Assembly: GCA_951406725.2 (NCBI GenBank)
Contig: OX597838.1
Location: 12,214,001 to 12,278,000 of the forward strand
Direction of reading: 5' to 3'
DNA length: 64,000 nucleotides
Source of the DNA: Octopus vulgaris
Lineage: Eukaryota
Part shown: positions 1 to 15,160 of the stretch, one piece after another
Numbering within the stretch: position 1 is the first letter of the stretch
Layout: each line of letters begins with the position of its first letter
Made by a program: the position numbers and the translations under genes
Notes under the pieces: model-generated
Databases searched by the model: none
Told to the model about the DNA's origin: nothing
The model's input: only the letters and a program-made list of their open reading frames with translations

Positions 1-384
1 CAACTGTTACTCCATTGCTGTTTTTTTTTGTTTTCTATGTCTTTTTTCTGTTGTTGTTGTTGTTGTGGTTGTTGTTGCGGCCATTATTGATGTTGTTATG
101 TCTATCGTAGTTGTCCTAATCGGTGTTTTATGCTTCATGTTAAGAAAACAAACAAAAAAGACTAGCGACACTCCACAACGGCCACCACCACCACCACCAC
201 CACCACCACCACCACCAAATCACAACAACTACAACAACAATAACCACAGCAACGATAACGACCTGTACTAACATTGGCAACATCACGTGACCGACAACTG
301 ACGGCGAATAAGTATTTATTGCCCGTTTATGTCCCTCGGTAAGATTTATGTTTCGTTCCAGACTCGGTCAGAATGTGAAACTGT

Positions 385-409
385 ATGTTTGTCTATATGT
401 GTATGTGTA

Positions 410-455
<46 letters not shown>

Positions 456-734
456 TGTGTGTGCGCGCGTGCATGTGTGTGTACGTGAATGTGGTGTGTG
501 CGCGTGTATCTGCATATGTATATACACATACACACACACACATATATATACATATATAATATATATATACATATACATACATATATATATATATATATTA
601 TATGTATATATGTATATATTATATATATATATATATATATGTGTGTATATTATCTATATGATATAAGTGTGTATATATTTATCTACATATATATACATAT
701 ATATGTGTGCATACAAATACATATATATATGTGT

Positions 735-797
<63 letters not shown>

Positions 798-808
798 TAT
801 ATATATAT

Positions 809-845
<37 letters not shown>

Positions 846-1550
846 TACTATATATATTTAAATATATACTATATATACATATATATATTTGCATGCACAC
901 ACATTTACAAACACCCAGTTGCATGCATTTATGCCTGTGTGCGCGTATGTATACATATGCACTTTTTTTGGGAAGAGCCACAAAAACCTTTGACACAATC
1001 ATCATCATTAACACCAACAACAATCCCATCTACTACCCACCACATACACCACAGGCACATACACACACATACATACAATCACACTCCTTCACACACACAC
1101 ACACACACACTCTGACATGCGCGCGTACGCACACACACACACACACACACACACGCATAGACGCATACACACATAAACCCTCACACACATACAAAATTCC
1201 TCTTATTCTCTTTATTTAACCTCTTTGGTCTTTGTCTTTATTTGTTTTCCTTCCAAATCTTTCCCTTTCTTTCTCCCTTTCTCTCCCTCACACTCTCACC
1301 CTCTCCGTATCTCTCCCCTCTTCTCTACTTTCTCTTCCTTTCTCTAACTTCCTATTGCTTCACCTCCTCACTGGCTGTATATCTGTCTGTCATCCTCTCT
1401 CACTTTGTAAGCATATATGTGTATGTGCGCGTGTTTGTGTATGAGTGTATGTGGATTTGTATATATGTAGGTCTATTTGTATAAATATACGTATATGTAT
1501 GTCAGTGTGTCATATATACAAATACATACATATACATACAGTTATATATA

Positions 1551-1583
<33 letters not shown>

Positions 1584-1661
1584 ATATATATATATATGTA
1601 TGTGTATATATGTGTATATATATATGTGTACATATATACCTATATATATGTACATATAAAC

Positions 1662-1714
<53 letters not shown>

Positions 1715-1763
1715 TATATACATGTATATATATACATATATATATATACATGTATATATATAC

Positions 1764-1816
<53 letters not shown>

Positions 1817-1843
1817 CATATATATATACACATATATATATAC

Positions 1844-1899
<56 letters not shown>

Positions 1900-1921
1900 T
1901 ATACATATATATATATATATG

Positions 1922-1970
<49 letters not shown>

Positions 1971-2288
1971 ATGTATATATATATACAGAGTTATAGATAG
2001 ATACATTTATGCTCACATAGAAACATGGATACACATTTATAGCGAGTGTAAGCAATTAAATAAAGTTACAAAACCTAAAATGGTGGAAACCATGAAAAAG
2101 ACGTAATGACTGACATTAGCGATGTGAGGGAGCGAGAGAGACGGGTCAATGTTTCGGGTTAGTCTCCGTAAATAATTGAGATACATATGCTTGCATATGC
2201 ATGCTTATATGTGTGTGTGTGAATACATACATACATATATATCTATATATATAGATAGATATATAGATAGATAGATTTATCAATATAC

Positions 2289-2319
<31 letters not shown>

Positions 2320-2434
2320 CGTGCCTGTGTGTATGTATATGAATGTGGTGTGTGCGCGTGTATCTGCATATGTATATATATATACACACACACACATATA
2401 TATATATACATATATAATATATATATAAATATAC

Positions 2435-2531
<97 letters not shown>

Positions 2532-2532
2532 G

Positions 2533-2594
<62 letters not shown>

Positions 2595-2630
2595 GTAGGT
2601 AGGTAGGTAGATAGATAGATAGATATATGA
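385..2630. repeat. Compound microsatellite field: (TG)n, (TA)n, (CA)n, (GA)n, (GATA)n
   Basis: Directly visible simple repeats; the overlapping [12 protein letters not shown] ORFs are artefacts. Confidence 0.95.
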
Positions 2631-3009
2631 TGAAAATGATGATGAAAGAGAAATTGACAAAGAAAAAGGACGGCAAAAATTAACTCCAATACTAAACTGG
2701 TGCCTTATTTATGAATCCCACCAAAACTTGAAGAGTAACGATCACCTCAACTGGATTCGAAAACAGAGAACCTAAATAAATAACGTAACGCAGTCGCTCC
2801 ATTCTTCTTCTAACGCTTCTACAAATTTACCATCTTACCAACGACTTCAAAATAACATCTATACTGTACTGTACTCTACACTCCACCTGCTTTCCTCTGT
2901 AACGCTACTCTAAGTTTACTGTTGTGTGCTCTGTCCTGTATAAATGCCATTTGCTCTAACCTATTCTCAAGTGCAAGCTACCATACTTAATGCAATGAGT
3001 TGAAAATAA

Positions 3010-3357
3010 TTTGGGGTTGTCAGGTGAATTCATTCGTTTTTACCTCATCTGTTTTAATCATTTCCAATGTTATTTGATTTAAGGCGAAAAATATTTTTAT
3101 CGTAGTCTTTTTATGGGTTTGCCTGTGGCTCTGTTCTTATTCTACAACTTTTGTTTATCGTTTTTTTTGAAATTTGAATACATTTTATGTCTTTTCTGAC
3201 ATATCATGATAGAGTGCCAAATAGAAAAAAAAAACATTTCGTCACCTCTTCGCTTTCAGTCAAAGCTTCAAAGCTGGCAAAAACCCGTTCAAGACGTTTG
3301 TGTCATAAGCGTAGAAGGTGCTGTTACTGAAAGAACATTACAGAAATGGTTTTCACG

Positions 3358-3360
<3 letters not shown>
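3010..3360 (+). mobile_element. Degenerate mariner transposon 5' fragment (N-terminal HTH)
   Basis: Frameshifted translation includes HFRHLFAF and EGAVTERTLQKWFSRF, typical of the Mos1-type HTH; truncated by (CT)n. Confidence 0.7.
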
Positions 3361-3450
<90 letters not shown>

Positions 3451-3700
3451 CCGCTCAGTCGAAGTCGACTCTCGGTCACTCGTTGGATCAGTGTCCTCCA
3501 GTCAGTTCTATCCTGGGCCGCTTCCTTCAGACTGGCCATGTCCATTCCGGTATCACTCCTGATGGTGTCAAGCCAACGGGTTCTTGGTCGGCCTCTTCCT
3601 CTTTTGACACTGACCATTCCGAGCATGATGTCCTTCTCCAGGGATTCTCTCCGCATAATATGACCGAAATATGCCAATCTACGCTTCAGCAAGGGAAAAT
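3451..3700 (-). mobile_element. RTE-clade LINE 3' fragment
   Basis: RRLAYFGHIMRRESLEKDIMLGMVSVKRGRGRPRTRWLDTIRSD...AAQDRTDWR matches the typical RTE/BovB C-terminus. Confidence 0.9.
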
Positions 3701-3934
3701 TCGACCTCACAAACTCTCCGCGTTCCGTCGATCTGTTCAGTTCAATGAGGATTAACTGAACGAACTCATCCACGATAATCCACACTAATCCATTATGGAA
3801 TTGAGCCCACATTATGGAATCGAGCCATCACCTTCACTCAATGGGTAAGGATCAAACGACTCGACCAGCGTGCTTCTTCAATACGGCAACAGTTGCCCCT
3901 ACATCGCTAATTTGATCAAAATACTTTTCTCTCT

Positions 3935-4160
3935 CTTTCTCTTTTCTCTTTTACTTGTTTCAGTCATTTGACTGTGGCCATGCTGGAGCACCGCCTTTAG
4001 TCGAGCAAATCGACCCCAGGACTTATTCTTTGTAAGCCCAGTACTTATTCTATCGGTTTCTTTTGCCGAACCGCCAAGTGACGGCGACGTAAACACACCA
4101 GCATCGGTTGTCAAGCAATGCTAGGGGGACGTAAACACAGACACACAAACACACACACAT

Positions 4161-4221
<61 letters not shown>

Positions 4222-4386
4222 TACGACAGGCTTCTTTCAGTTTCCATCTACCAAATCTACTCACAAGGCATTGGTCGGCCCAGGGCTATAGCAGAAGACA
4301 CTTGCCCAAGATGCCACGCAGTGGGACTGAACCCGGAACCATGTGGTTGGTTAGCAAGCTACTTACCACACAGCCACTTCTGCGCC
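3935..4386 (-). mobile_element. tRNA-derived SINE family A (CORE-like), full length
   Basis: Head GGCGCAG.AGTGGCTGTGTGGTAAG, B-box-like GGTTCAGTCCC, CORE-like CTTGGGCAAGTG, internal (TA/TG)n, GTAAAAGA tail; more than 10 copies in the window. Confidence 0.9.
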
Positions 4387-4662
4387 TATACTATTTAAGA
4401 TGTGTTCTCCTTATATGGTATCTTAAGATTAACACCTTTTTTTTTTCTGGTCCCGCTCCTACAGTCTGCGAAATTGTTTCGTTCAACAACGACTTAGAGA
4501 TGAAAAACGTGGTTTGATGAATTCCTCGAGTGAAAACCTTGTGATTTCTACTGACAACGTATTGCGAAGCTAGCGTAACGCTGGTAAGAAGCCGTGAACG
4601 TAAGGAGAATATATTACTGAGTGATTTAGTAAAATTCTTTATGAAAACTAAGATAAGTAGTG

Positions 4663-4722
<60 letters not shown>

Positions 4723-4941
4723 TATTTCTTTACTACCCACAAGGGGCTAAACACAGAGGGACAAGCAAGGACAGACAGGGGGATTTAGTTGATTACATCG
4801 ACCCCAGTGCGTAACTGGTACTTAATTTATCGACCCCGAAAGGATGAAAGGCAAAGTCGACCTCGGCGGAATTCGAACTCAGAACGTAACGGCAGCCGAA
4901 ATACGGCTACGCATTTCGCCCGGCATCCTAACGTTTCTGCC

Positions 4942-4943
<2 letters not shown>
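4723..4943 (-). mobile_element. tRNA-derived SINE family B (Meta-domain-like) inserted in (TAG)n
   Basis: Central GTCGACTTTGCCTTTCATCCTTTCGGGGTCGATAAATTAAGTACCAG and tail GCCCCTTGTGGGTAGTAAAGAAAT; recurs many times. Confidence 0.88.
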
Positions 4944-5006
<63 letters not shown>

Positions 5007-5019
5007 CAGCAGCAGTAGT

Positions 5020-5087
<68 letters not shown>

Positions 5088-5231
5088 CAGCAGTGATAGC
5101 GTTAAAGCATTAAATTCATCATTAAAGGATATACCAACTATAGTCACAAAAAACACCACAGCAACTAATAAAACAAGCCCTAGAAATATTTTCATAAATC
5201 TATTAGTTGCATTCATTTCACTTCTCTTTCC

Positions 5232-5269
<38 letters not shown>

Positions 5270-5494
5270 CTCTATCTCCCCACTCTCTTTTCTTCTCTCT
5301 TTCTCTCATTTTATATCTCTTTCTCCCCAATTTGTCTCTTATTCTATCTCTCTCTCGCTACCTCTCATTCTCTCTCAATTTCCCTTTCTCGTCCCTCCTT
5401 CTTTCTCTCATTATTCCTCATTCTCTTTCCCTCGTCCTTTTTCTCACACTTACTCTCTCCCTCTCTCTCTCTCTTTCTAAAATTTACTTCATGT

Positions 5495-5546
<52 letters not shown>

Positions 5547-5698
5547 AACCTTTTATTCCCACTAATCCCTTTCCCAAACTTCATAATCTCTCTCTCTCTC
5601 TCTCTCACTCTACTTCATTCAGTCATTCTTTCTTTATCTCTTTTATCTCACTTTCACTCTTTCAATCTCTAGCTCTCACTTTCTCTCTCAAACGCCTT

Positions 5699-5736
<38 letters not shown>

Positions 5737-6441
5737 CTCTTTCACACTCACTCTCATTCAAATCTCCATTCTCTCTCTATCTCTCTCATCCAGTCTTACG
5801 CACCATGTTACCATGTTACGCACCATGTTACCTTAAACTCTGCCTTTGTCTACTTATTGTAATTTATTTATCGATACTTTCTCGGTTTAAACTGCAGCAA
5901 ATAAAGGATAAAACTCTGGAGAAAAAAACAAAAAACAGACATGTACAGATAAGAATTACAGAAGACAAAAAGCAAATTGAAAAATAAAGACAAAATTATT
6001 GACAAAATGGCCTAGAGTGTGTCGACTGATTCTACGAACGACAAGTTTACATATATATATAAGTATAAGGAACATTATAGTTGATTTGAGTGAAGACGTA
6101 GTAAGAGTTCTCGAAAGAATTTCACTGATAATAGTTGAATAGTAATTCCGGTAGAGATTTTGTTGAAATTCTTAGTCAATATAAGCAACTATATCTGTGT
6201 CATGGCTTTGTTGATAGATAAAATATGGAGGAAGCCTTGCATTTGAAAAGAAGACAAAAACCAAATAGAAAAAAGGAAACAGGATGTCATTGCGATATTG
6301 GAAACGGTTGTGAGATTTGTTAGGGTAAGAATTAAGAAGAGAGAATGTATTAAGTATATATCCGTACATAAATACGTAAGTATACACATACCTACACACA
6401 TATACATAAATATATACATACATACATACATACATTCATAC

Positions 6442-6479
<38 letters not shown>

Positions 6480-6491
6480 GACAGGCGTAAT

Positions 6492-6523
<32 letters not shown>

Positions 6524-6559
6524 TTGTGTATGTAGGTATATATGTATATGTATTATATA

Positions 6560-6618
<59 letters not shown>

Positions 6619-7131
6619 TGTCTACATATACATATCTTCTTTTACTTTTCCAATCACTATGCTTGTATCTGTATGTACGTACGTGTGTATGTATGCATGT
6701 ATGTTTGTATGTATGTATGTATGCTTCTATGTATGAATATATATATATGTGTGTGTACATACACAGATACCCCCACACACCTACATTTATATATAGGTAT
6801 TCAGACATACACAAAATAGATTATCACATACGTAATATAATAAGGTGAGTAGAAAATCTCCGATAACCTGAGATTTTCTTTGCAATTGAAAGGCAAAAAC
6901 ATGCGAGGGATGATTAAAGTCTAGAAACAACATGGAAAGGAGATAACAACCCCCGCAAAATATCAGTTCATTCAAATGATTGCCAATGTATACATAATAT
7001 GAAGGGATCTTGTCTTTAAAACCAAGAAGTGAAAGCAGGGCACGTTTTGGTCTTATTACTCCTTCTCAGTGAATCGTACATAGAATGGTACCAAGATGGA
7101 TAAGTGTGTGTGTGTGTGTGTGGTTGTGTGT

Positions 7132-7205
<74 letters not shown>

Positions 7206-7239
7206 GTATGTATATTTATATGCTTATGTATATAGATGT

Positions 7240-7340
7240 ATGACCGATGGAATAAGTACTAGGATTTGGTCGATTTGCTCGAATAAAACGGGGTGCTCAA
7301 GCATTACCGCAGTCAAATGACTGAAACAAATAAAAGAATA
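7240..7340 (+). mobile_element. SINE family A 3' fragment
   Basis: ACCGCAGTCAAATGACTGAAACAAATAAAAGA tail. Confidence 0.75.
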
Positions 7341-7389
7341 AAAATATATATGTATGTATGTGTGTGTGTGTGTGTGCGTGTGGATGTAC

Positions 7390-7611
7390 GTGGCTTAGTG
7401 ATTAGGGGTTGGGCGCGAATCATCGTAAGATGGTGGTTTCGATTCCTGGAAGGAGTGATGTTTTGTTCCGGAGCAAAACACTTCATATCCTGTTGCACCA
7501 ATCCACTTCGCTGGCAAAAATGTGTCAATTAAGTATATATGAGCATGTCTAGACATGCGACTACATGCATGAAAATATATAAATAAAAGAAAGCATACAA
7601 ATCTGCATACA

Positions 7612-7673
<62 letters not shown>

Positions 7674-7981
7674 CATACATACACACATACATACATACAT
7701 ACATTCATACATGCATACATACATACATACTTACATACATACATAAATACATACATATATACATATATACACACATACATACATACATACATACATACAT
7801 ACATACATACATACACACACACACATACATACATACATACATACATACATACATACATACATACATACATACATACATACATACATACATACATACATAC
7901 ATACATACATACACACATACATACATACATACACACATACATACATACATACATACATACATACATACATACATACATACA

Positions 7982-8015
<34 letters not shown>

Positions 8016-8203
8016 CATACATACATACATACACACATATATACATACATACGTACAAACATACATACATACATACATACATACATACATACATACATAC
8101 ATACATACATACGAAAACATCCTGCTGATGTTGAAATTCCAATGAAAGAACATTACATATCAGTTAGAAATCGGCCCTTTCACTATTAGCCAGAAATGTT
8201 GAA
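7390..8203 (+). mobile_element. Old SINE-like element with an internal (CATA)n expansion
   Basis: tRNA-like head GTGGCTTAGTG...GGTTTCGATTCC. Body GCATGTCTAGACATGC and the segment at 8115-8200 resemble 38910-39120 (+) and 30480-30690 (-). Confidence 0.55.
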
Positions 8204-8290
8204 TGTATGTATGTATGTATGTATGTACGTTTGTATGTATGTATGTATGTATGTATGTATGTATGTTTGTGTGTATGTATGACAAAAGGA

Positions 8291-8359
<69 letters not shown>

Positions 8360-8994
8360 GGATAAGAAATTGTTTGCTGAATTTCCGTACCAGTGGCTAG
8401 ATATCACTAAGCATTATGGAGAAAGCTTATATCTATTACAGAGGAGAGTGAAGAGGAATAAGGGAGTGTAAATTTTATGAATATGTAAATAACTAAAAAG
8501 AGATAAATAGGAAGGCATTCGAATTTAGTCTTGAAGAATATAGTAAGGAAATTCTTGCCATAATCTTAGGAAACCAAAACCAAATATGCAAATGAGAAAA
8601 CCCCTAACATTTTATCGATGTTCGAAATGTTTGGACAATGTTCAACACCCAAAAGTGATTCGACAATTCCATTTATTCTTTTGACTTTGTCGCTTGTTGT
8701 TCGAGGCTTTTAGACATCAACAGACGAGATTGGGAGTCTATAAATTGTTTTAATTATTTTAGTTGATTGGAATATTTCTTTCAAACTCCATATGTTACTT
8801 ATGCGAGATTTCTATAAAATGAGAAAAAAAGTCACCATGATAATCTGATGAGATCCATCAACATCAAAACAAACCCGTTCGTTTGCCAGGAGCATATGTA
8901 TGTGATATTAGAGTATGCATATGTGGGTGCAGGGTATACATGTGCATATATGCATATGTATATATATACATTCTTATATATATAATGTGGGTCT

Positions 8995-9098
8995 GAGGAT
9001 ATAGTAGAAGACACTTGCCCAAGGTGCCACGCAGTGGGACTGAACCCGGAACCATGTGGTTGGTAAGCAAGCTACATACCACACAGCCACTCCCGCGC
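8995..9098 (-). mobile_element. SINE family A 5' fragment
   Basis: Same head as the full copies. Confidence 0.85.
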
Positions 9099-9389
9099 CT
9101 ATATATACATATACATACATATACATATTTAAATGCATGTGTGCATAAATATGCATGGACGTACATACATACATATATACGTATATGTGTCCATATGTGT
9201 GTGTGTGTGTGTATGTGTGTGTACATATATACTATATATAATTATATAACATGCGTATATGTATTCAGACTAACATATGTGTATATATAAGTACGTATAT
9301 ATGTATATACAAATGCATAGACACACACGCACACACAGATATATGATATATATATATATATGAAATTTGTATATGTGTATGTTTGTAAG

Positions 9390-9421
<32 letters not shown>

Positions 9422-9782
9422 CATGTTTCTATGTATATATATATATATGGTTTTTAAACATGTACGTATCTGTGTGTGTATATGTACGTGCGTGCCTGCG
9501 TGTGTGTACACATGTGTTTGTCTGTACGTGTGTACGTGTGTTTATGTATTTGCGAAGCGCAGGAGATATACAAACACTAACAAGATACAATGAAACAATC
9601 TAAACATTTCACGACAAGTTCATGACTTTGCAATAGCAAAACAATTTCACATTTTTATGAACTCGTGACTTTTCCTCCATATTGAATTTCCACGTTATTA
9701 ATCAAACATTAGGTATATCATGAGTGTGCATGTCTGTGTGTATGTATGTGCGTGTGTGTGTTTCTATAGAGAGGTACACAGG

Positions 9783-9869
<87 letters not shown>

Positions 9870-9960
9870 TATATATATAACGGGAAGCTTTATGAAAATA
9901 AACAAAAGACGAAGGCAGGTGGAGTACAAACAAACAATTGTATTAGTATATATATATGTG

Positions 9961-10005
<45 letters not shown>

Positions 10006-10197
10006 TTATTATTGTAGTATTGTAGCTGTTGCTTGTGTTGTGATTGTGTCTGTTGTAATTATTATTACATTCTAAATATATTACATATACATGTATAAGT
10101 ATATATATCGACGTACCCGTCTGTGTATAAATATGGACTTATGTATTTTCGCAAACACGTAGAATACGCATACATACACACATATGCGCACACACAA

Positions 10198-10273
<76 letters not shown>

Positions 10274-10376
10274 GTGTGTACATGTCTGTGTGTGTGTTTG
10301 TGGACGTTTATATATACCTAATTACATACCACCGTAGCTACATGCATACATCTATACATGTGCGTCTGCATACTTG

Positions 10377-10416
<40 letters not shown>

Positions 10417-10493
10417 AAATACATATGTGTGTAATATATATATATACAAAATACATATGTGTGTAATGTATATATATATACAAAATACATGTG

Positions 10494-10530
<37 letters not shown>

Positions 10531-10638
10531 ATATATGTTTGTAATTTGTGTTTATGTGTGTGTGTGTGTATGTAATACATATTTGTGTGTAATTTATGTG
10601 TATGTACATATATGTAGATATATACATGTTTATAGATA

Positions 10639-10669
<31 letters not shown>

Positions 10670-10794
10670 TTGTGTGTGTGTCTGTATATGTATACATAGG
10701 AAGGCGGGCTTGAAATCAAGTGGTGGGTATCATGTTTATTCTCTCTCCTTCTCAATTTCTTTCTTTCTCTATCATTCTTTGACTCCTGCCGTTG

Positions 10795-10826
<32 letters not shown>

Positions 10827-11356
10827 CTTGCTTTCTCTATTTCTCTCCTCTCTGTCAGTGTGTCTTTCCCTTCTTTCGCATCTCGATCACCTCTCTGTGT
10901 GTCTCTCTCTCTTTCTTTCTCTTTATCTATCTCTCTCTGTATCTGGATTTGTATCTTTACCGCTATCTGTGTATCTCTCTATCTTTGTGTCTACAGATTT
11001 CTCTTTATCTGCAGATTTTTCATATCTCTACACTTGCCATTCACAAGTTCAAATCCTAGCTTACTTTCAACGTTAAATTTTCTTTGTTGGCTCGCCTGTA
11101 AATTAGTAAGCTGAACAGTATAAATCCCTCTCTAATGATCTGAAGAGATGCCATGATGATGAGCACAGTCACAAAATAGTGAAATTTGGGAAATTACCAG
11201 AGCCCAGATAACAGCAACTGCATCTTCAAGACTGGACTGTCACGGGTGGGAATCATTGTTTTCAACGGTTCTCTCGATCAATTCAAATCAGGAGAGGAGG
11301 CTATACGGCAAAAACAAGGCTGAATTGTCACAGTTGGAAATCCGTTGTTGACAGGG

Positions 11357-11407
<51 letters not shown>

Positions 11408-11472
11408 TAGACAAATGAATTATCTTATTACGGATAATTCGAAAGATAACCGATACGTGGGTAGCAAAATTT

Positions 11473-11503
<31 letters not shown>

Positions 11504-11504
11504 A

Positions 11505-11686
11505 TCCCAGCAAGAAAGCACAAAAAACACAACGCGAGGGCGTGGAACAAATATAGTATTATTGGACGCTCAGGAAAGAAAGAGGGATTAACGTTTCGAG
11601 CGGACCTCTTCGTCGGAAACATAGGAGAAGGAAAGATCCAGAAAAGGGAAGACAGAGGATAAAAAATCACCAACGGTACACACGAG

Positions 11687-11690
<4 letters not shown>
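11505..11690 (-). mobile_element. Short Penelope-LTR-like repeat with a minimal hammerhead motif, between (TA)n tracts
   Basis: Minus strand GTTT CCGACGA A GAGG TCC GCTC GAA ACGT T AATC; homologous to 36522-36692. Confidence 0.65.
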
Positions 11691-11736
<46 letters not shown>

Positions 11737-11766
11737 ATAGATAGATATATATACATATATATATAA

Positions 11767-11802
<36 letters not shown>

Positions 11803-11805
<3 letters not shown>

Positions 11806-12160
11806 CGAGGCTATAGTAGAAGACACTTGCCCAAGGTGCCACGCAGTGGGACTGAACCCGGAACCATGTGGTAGGTAAGATCCTTCTCGTTTACCTACGG
11901 GGCGAGTTGTCTCGCTTCGTTAAGGATTTCAGGGCTTTTTAACACTCGGTTTCTTAAACGAACTCTTTCCTTCACGCAATCCCGCAGCGTGAAGGAAAGA
12001 GTTCGTTTAAGAAACGAGTGTTAAAAAGCCCTGAAATCCTTAACGAAGCGAGACAACTCGCCCCGTAGGTAAACGAGAAGGATCTTACCTACCACATGGT
12101 TCCGGGTTCAGTCCCACTGCGTGGCACCTTGGGCAAGTGTCTTCTACTATAGCCTCGGGC
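11803..12160. repeat. Near-perfect inverted repeat, ~175-bp arms with a 9-bp spacer
   Basis: 11803-11977 is the reverse complement of 11987-12160 with a single indel. Confidence 0.95.
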
Positions 12161-12452
12161 CGACCAAAGCCTTGTGAGTGGATTTGGTAGACGGAAACTG
12201 AAAGAAGCCTGTTGTGTATATGTATATATGTATGTGTGTGTTTGTGTGTCTGTGTTTGTCACCCCAACATCGCTTGACAACCGATGCTGGTGTGTTCATG
12301 TCCCCGTAACTTAGCGGTTCGGCAAAAAGAGACCGATAGAATAAGTACTGGGCTTACAAAGAATAAGTCCTGGGGTCGATTTGCTCGACTAAAAGGCGGT
12401 GCTCCAGCATGGCCGCAGTCAAATGACTGAATCAAGTAAAAGAGTAAAAGAG
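12084..12452 (+). mobile_element. SINE family A, 5'-truncated
   Basis: Matches the family consensus from CTTACC.ACCACATGG to the GTAAAAGA tail. Confidence 0.9.
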
Positions 12453-12794
12453 TATATATATATATATGTATAGGTATGTATGTATACAAACACACACACA
12501 CACACACACACATATATATGTATATATATACTCTTTTACTCTTTTACTCTCTCTCCCTCTCTCTTTATATAGATATACTTATATAGATTGAGATGTAGAT
12601 ATATATATATACATCCATACATACATATATTTTCCTATAAGTGCATTAAACATTGATTATAGCATATTGATGTTTTACCAAAATCTATCGCAGATTTCGG
12701 CAAACTTTTCTATTATCTTGTCCGTCAGACATACAATTATTATAATCGCAATCCGCTCTCAAAATACGCTTCGTTCATATTATATATATTAATG

Positions 12795-12849
<55 letters not shown>

Positions 12850-13114
12850 GCATATATATACATACATATATATATATATATATTTACATACACATATGTG
12901 CATGCATGTATTTGTGTATGTGCGTATACATGCACACACATACATATATTTATATACACACATTACGTTACATATGAATACGTGTAGTTTCCAACGAGTG
13001 TATTAGAAGCGTACATAACTATTATAATCACCATATATCGAATAGCCGAAAAAATCCCTCTGATAAAACATACAAATTTGTCCAAATACATACAAACATA
13101 CATACATACCCCCA

Positions 13115-13191
<77 letters not shown>

Positions 13192-13254
13192 AGTATATTA
13201 CACATATATATATCAATATATGCGGCCATTTGTATGGCTGTGTATAGCATCTGA

Positions 13255-13353
<99 letters not shown>

Positions 13354-13559
13354 TATATATATATACATATACACACACACATTTCAGACGTGTACTTAGT
13401 AGATGGTATATAATTCAATCTAATTACTAACTATATAATTCTAGAGTTCGCCATAGCAGTATAGACACCCAAATTCACCCATACACACACACACAACATA
13501 CACACACACTTGTCTTACCAACAAACCTTAATCTCATTCTGTAACAAGAGTAAATCCAT

Positions 13560-14712
13560 TTTTCATCATCAGAAATTCGTGTCCGTTTTGCTTGATTTTA
13601 GAATTTTAGAATTCAGAAAATTGATTTTTCGATGTTGTCATTGTAGTTGCTTAGCAACCGCTCAAACCTGATCTGGCAGGGTTTTGGTAGCAATCGTTTC
13701 AACCGTCAGAGACGAGGTAATCAACGAAATGGGCTGCGAATTGGTCCCCCGTCGACCTTTCAGTTTTTTCTGGCGCCCTCTGACCAGTTTTGTTAGTGAC
13801 CTGCAGTATAGAAACACTACTTTCCAAATCCAGCAAGATAGCGGCCATGAGCCACACCACGTCAATTTCTGATGGGACCTCCCCAATTTTTATTTTAGAT
13901 GTACGTTTACCCATATAAGTGGGTAGTAGTACCAGTTCGTTTGTTTTCAAAGGCACTGTGGCGTGTTCTTTCGCTTCTTCTTTGGAAGCGAACCTTACCT
14001 CCACAGTGCTGTATTTTTTTCCTCTTGCTACGTAGTTGGTATCGCCCCAAATGGGCTGCTAGCATTTTCTATGGTTTCCTTTCGCCTATCTTCAACTTTT
14101 TTCGTTTTTAGTGAAAGGGTTTTAAATAATATTGTTTTACTGGCGTTTTGTTGCATTATGTCGCCGGGTGGGGTTAAATTTATATTATTCCCTTCACACT
14201 CTGCTAAGCTTTGATATTTTTCTAGGTCAAGTTGGTTAATTTTTTAGGTTTCCTGGTATATAGCTGCTACCGATGCGAACCCGCATCACTTTGGTTTTCT
14301 CAATTCGTTTTCATTGTTTTACATTTGGGTGTCCTTTGTAGCATTTGACATATATTTTGGGGGTTTTTCTCTGTTCATTTCCTCTTGTTCGCAACAGGGA
14401 AGAGCTGAAAACATTTCTTGGTACATCTCGTTGAGTTCGTTGATATTGGGGGCATTGTCGGTGTTTTTTGGTTGGAAGCCATAATTTCCAAAATGTGTAA
14501 ATAAATTACACAAGGATTTGCAAAAAAAAAAAATTCAATTCGCCCCTTAAAGGGGGACTTCCTAGACTCGATATTCCCCCTGCTAAGTAGGTTTAGAATC
14601 GATAACAAAGAAAAATTCACAAACAATGACACAATACAGGTAGGCAAATGGCAATACTCACGAGAAGAAAGACACGTCCGTTCGGTCGAAATTGTCGAGC
14701 ACGAATACGTCC
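13560..14712 (-). mobile_element. Probable Tx1/L1-like LINE 5' UTR and disrupted ORF1
   Basis: Broken ORF pieces (EVRFASKEEAKEHATVPLKTNELVLLPTYMGKRTSKIKIGEVP) resemble a gag-like ORF1; the sequence is complex and abuts a microsatellite. Confidence 0.45.
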
Positions 14713-14744
14713 ATTATATATGTGTATATATATATATACATACA

Positions 14745-14802
<58 letters not shown>

Positions 14803-14807
<5 letters not shown>

Positions 14808-15000
14808 AGAGTTTACGAAAAAAACAAAAGACGAAGACAGGTGGTGTACAAAACAAACAGATGTATTAGTATAACGCTCAGGAATAGAAAAAGTATTTTA
14901 TGTTTCGAGCCTACGCTCTTCTAAAGAAAGATACACAGAAAAAAAACAAGGAGAGAAACAAAAAGAGAAAAAAATGGGTGTTGTGGCTAACGATTTATCA
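14803..15000 (-). mobile_element. Penelope-LTR-like short repeat with a degenerate minimal hammerhead
   Basis: Homologous to 16303-16470, 33465-33666 and 9881-9948; flanked by (TA)n. Confidence 0.6.
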
Positions 15001-15014
15001 TATATATATATATA

Positions 15015-15160
15015 CAATGGGCTTCTTTCAGTTTCCGTCTGCTAAATTCACTCAAACCTTTTGGTTTGCCTGAAGCTATAGTAGAAGACACTTGCCCAAG
15101 GTATCACACAGTGGAACTGAACACATGACAATGTGGTTGGAAGCAAGTTTCTTACCACAC
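15015..15160 (-). mobile_element. Diverged SINE family A fragment
   Basis: GAAGACACTTGCCCAAGG motif. Confidence 0.75.

Noticed and set aside
329-2689. Many long ORFs ([16 protein letters not shown]), here and throughout the window
   Set aside because: Translations of stop-free microsatellites
11130-11200. CTGAAGA...GAAA possible hammerhead
   Set aside because: Could not form stem II or stem III plus a cleavage triplet
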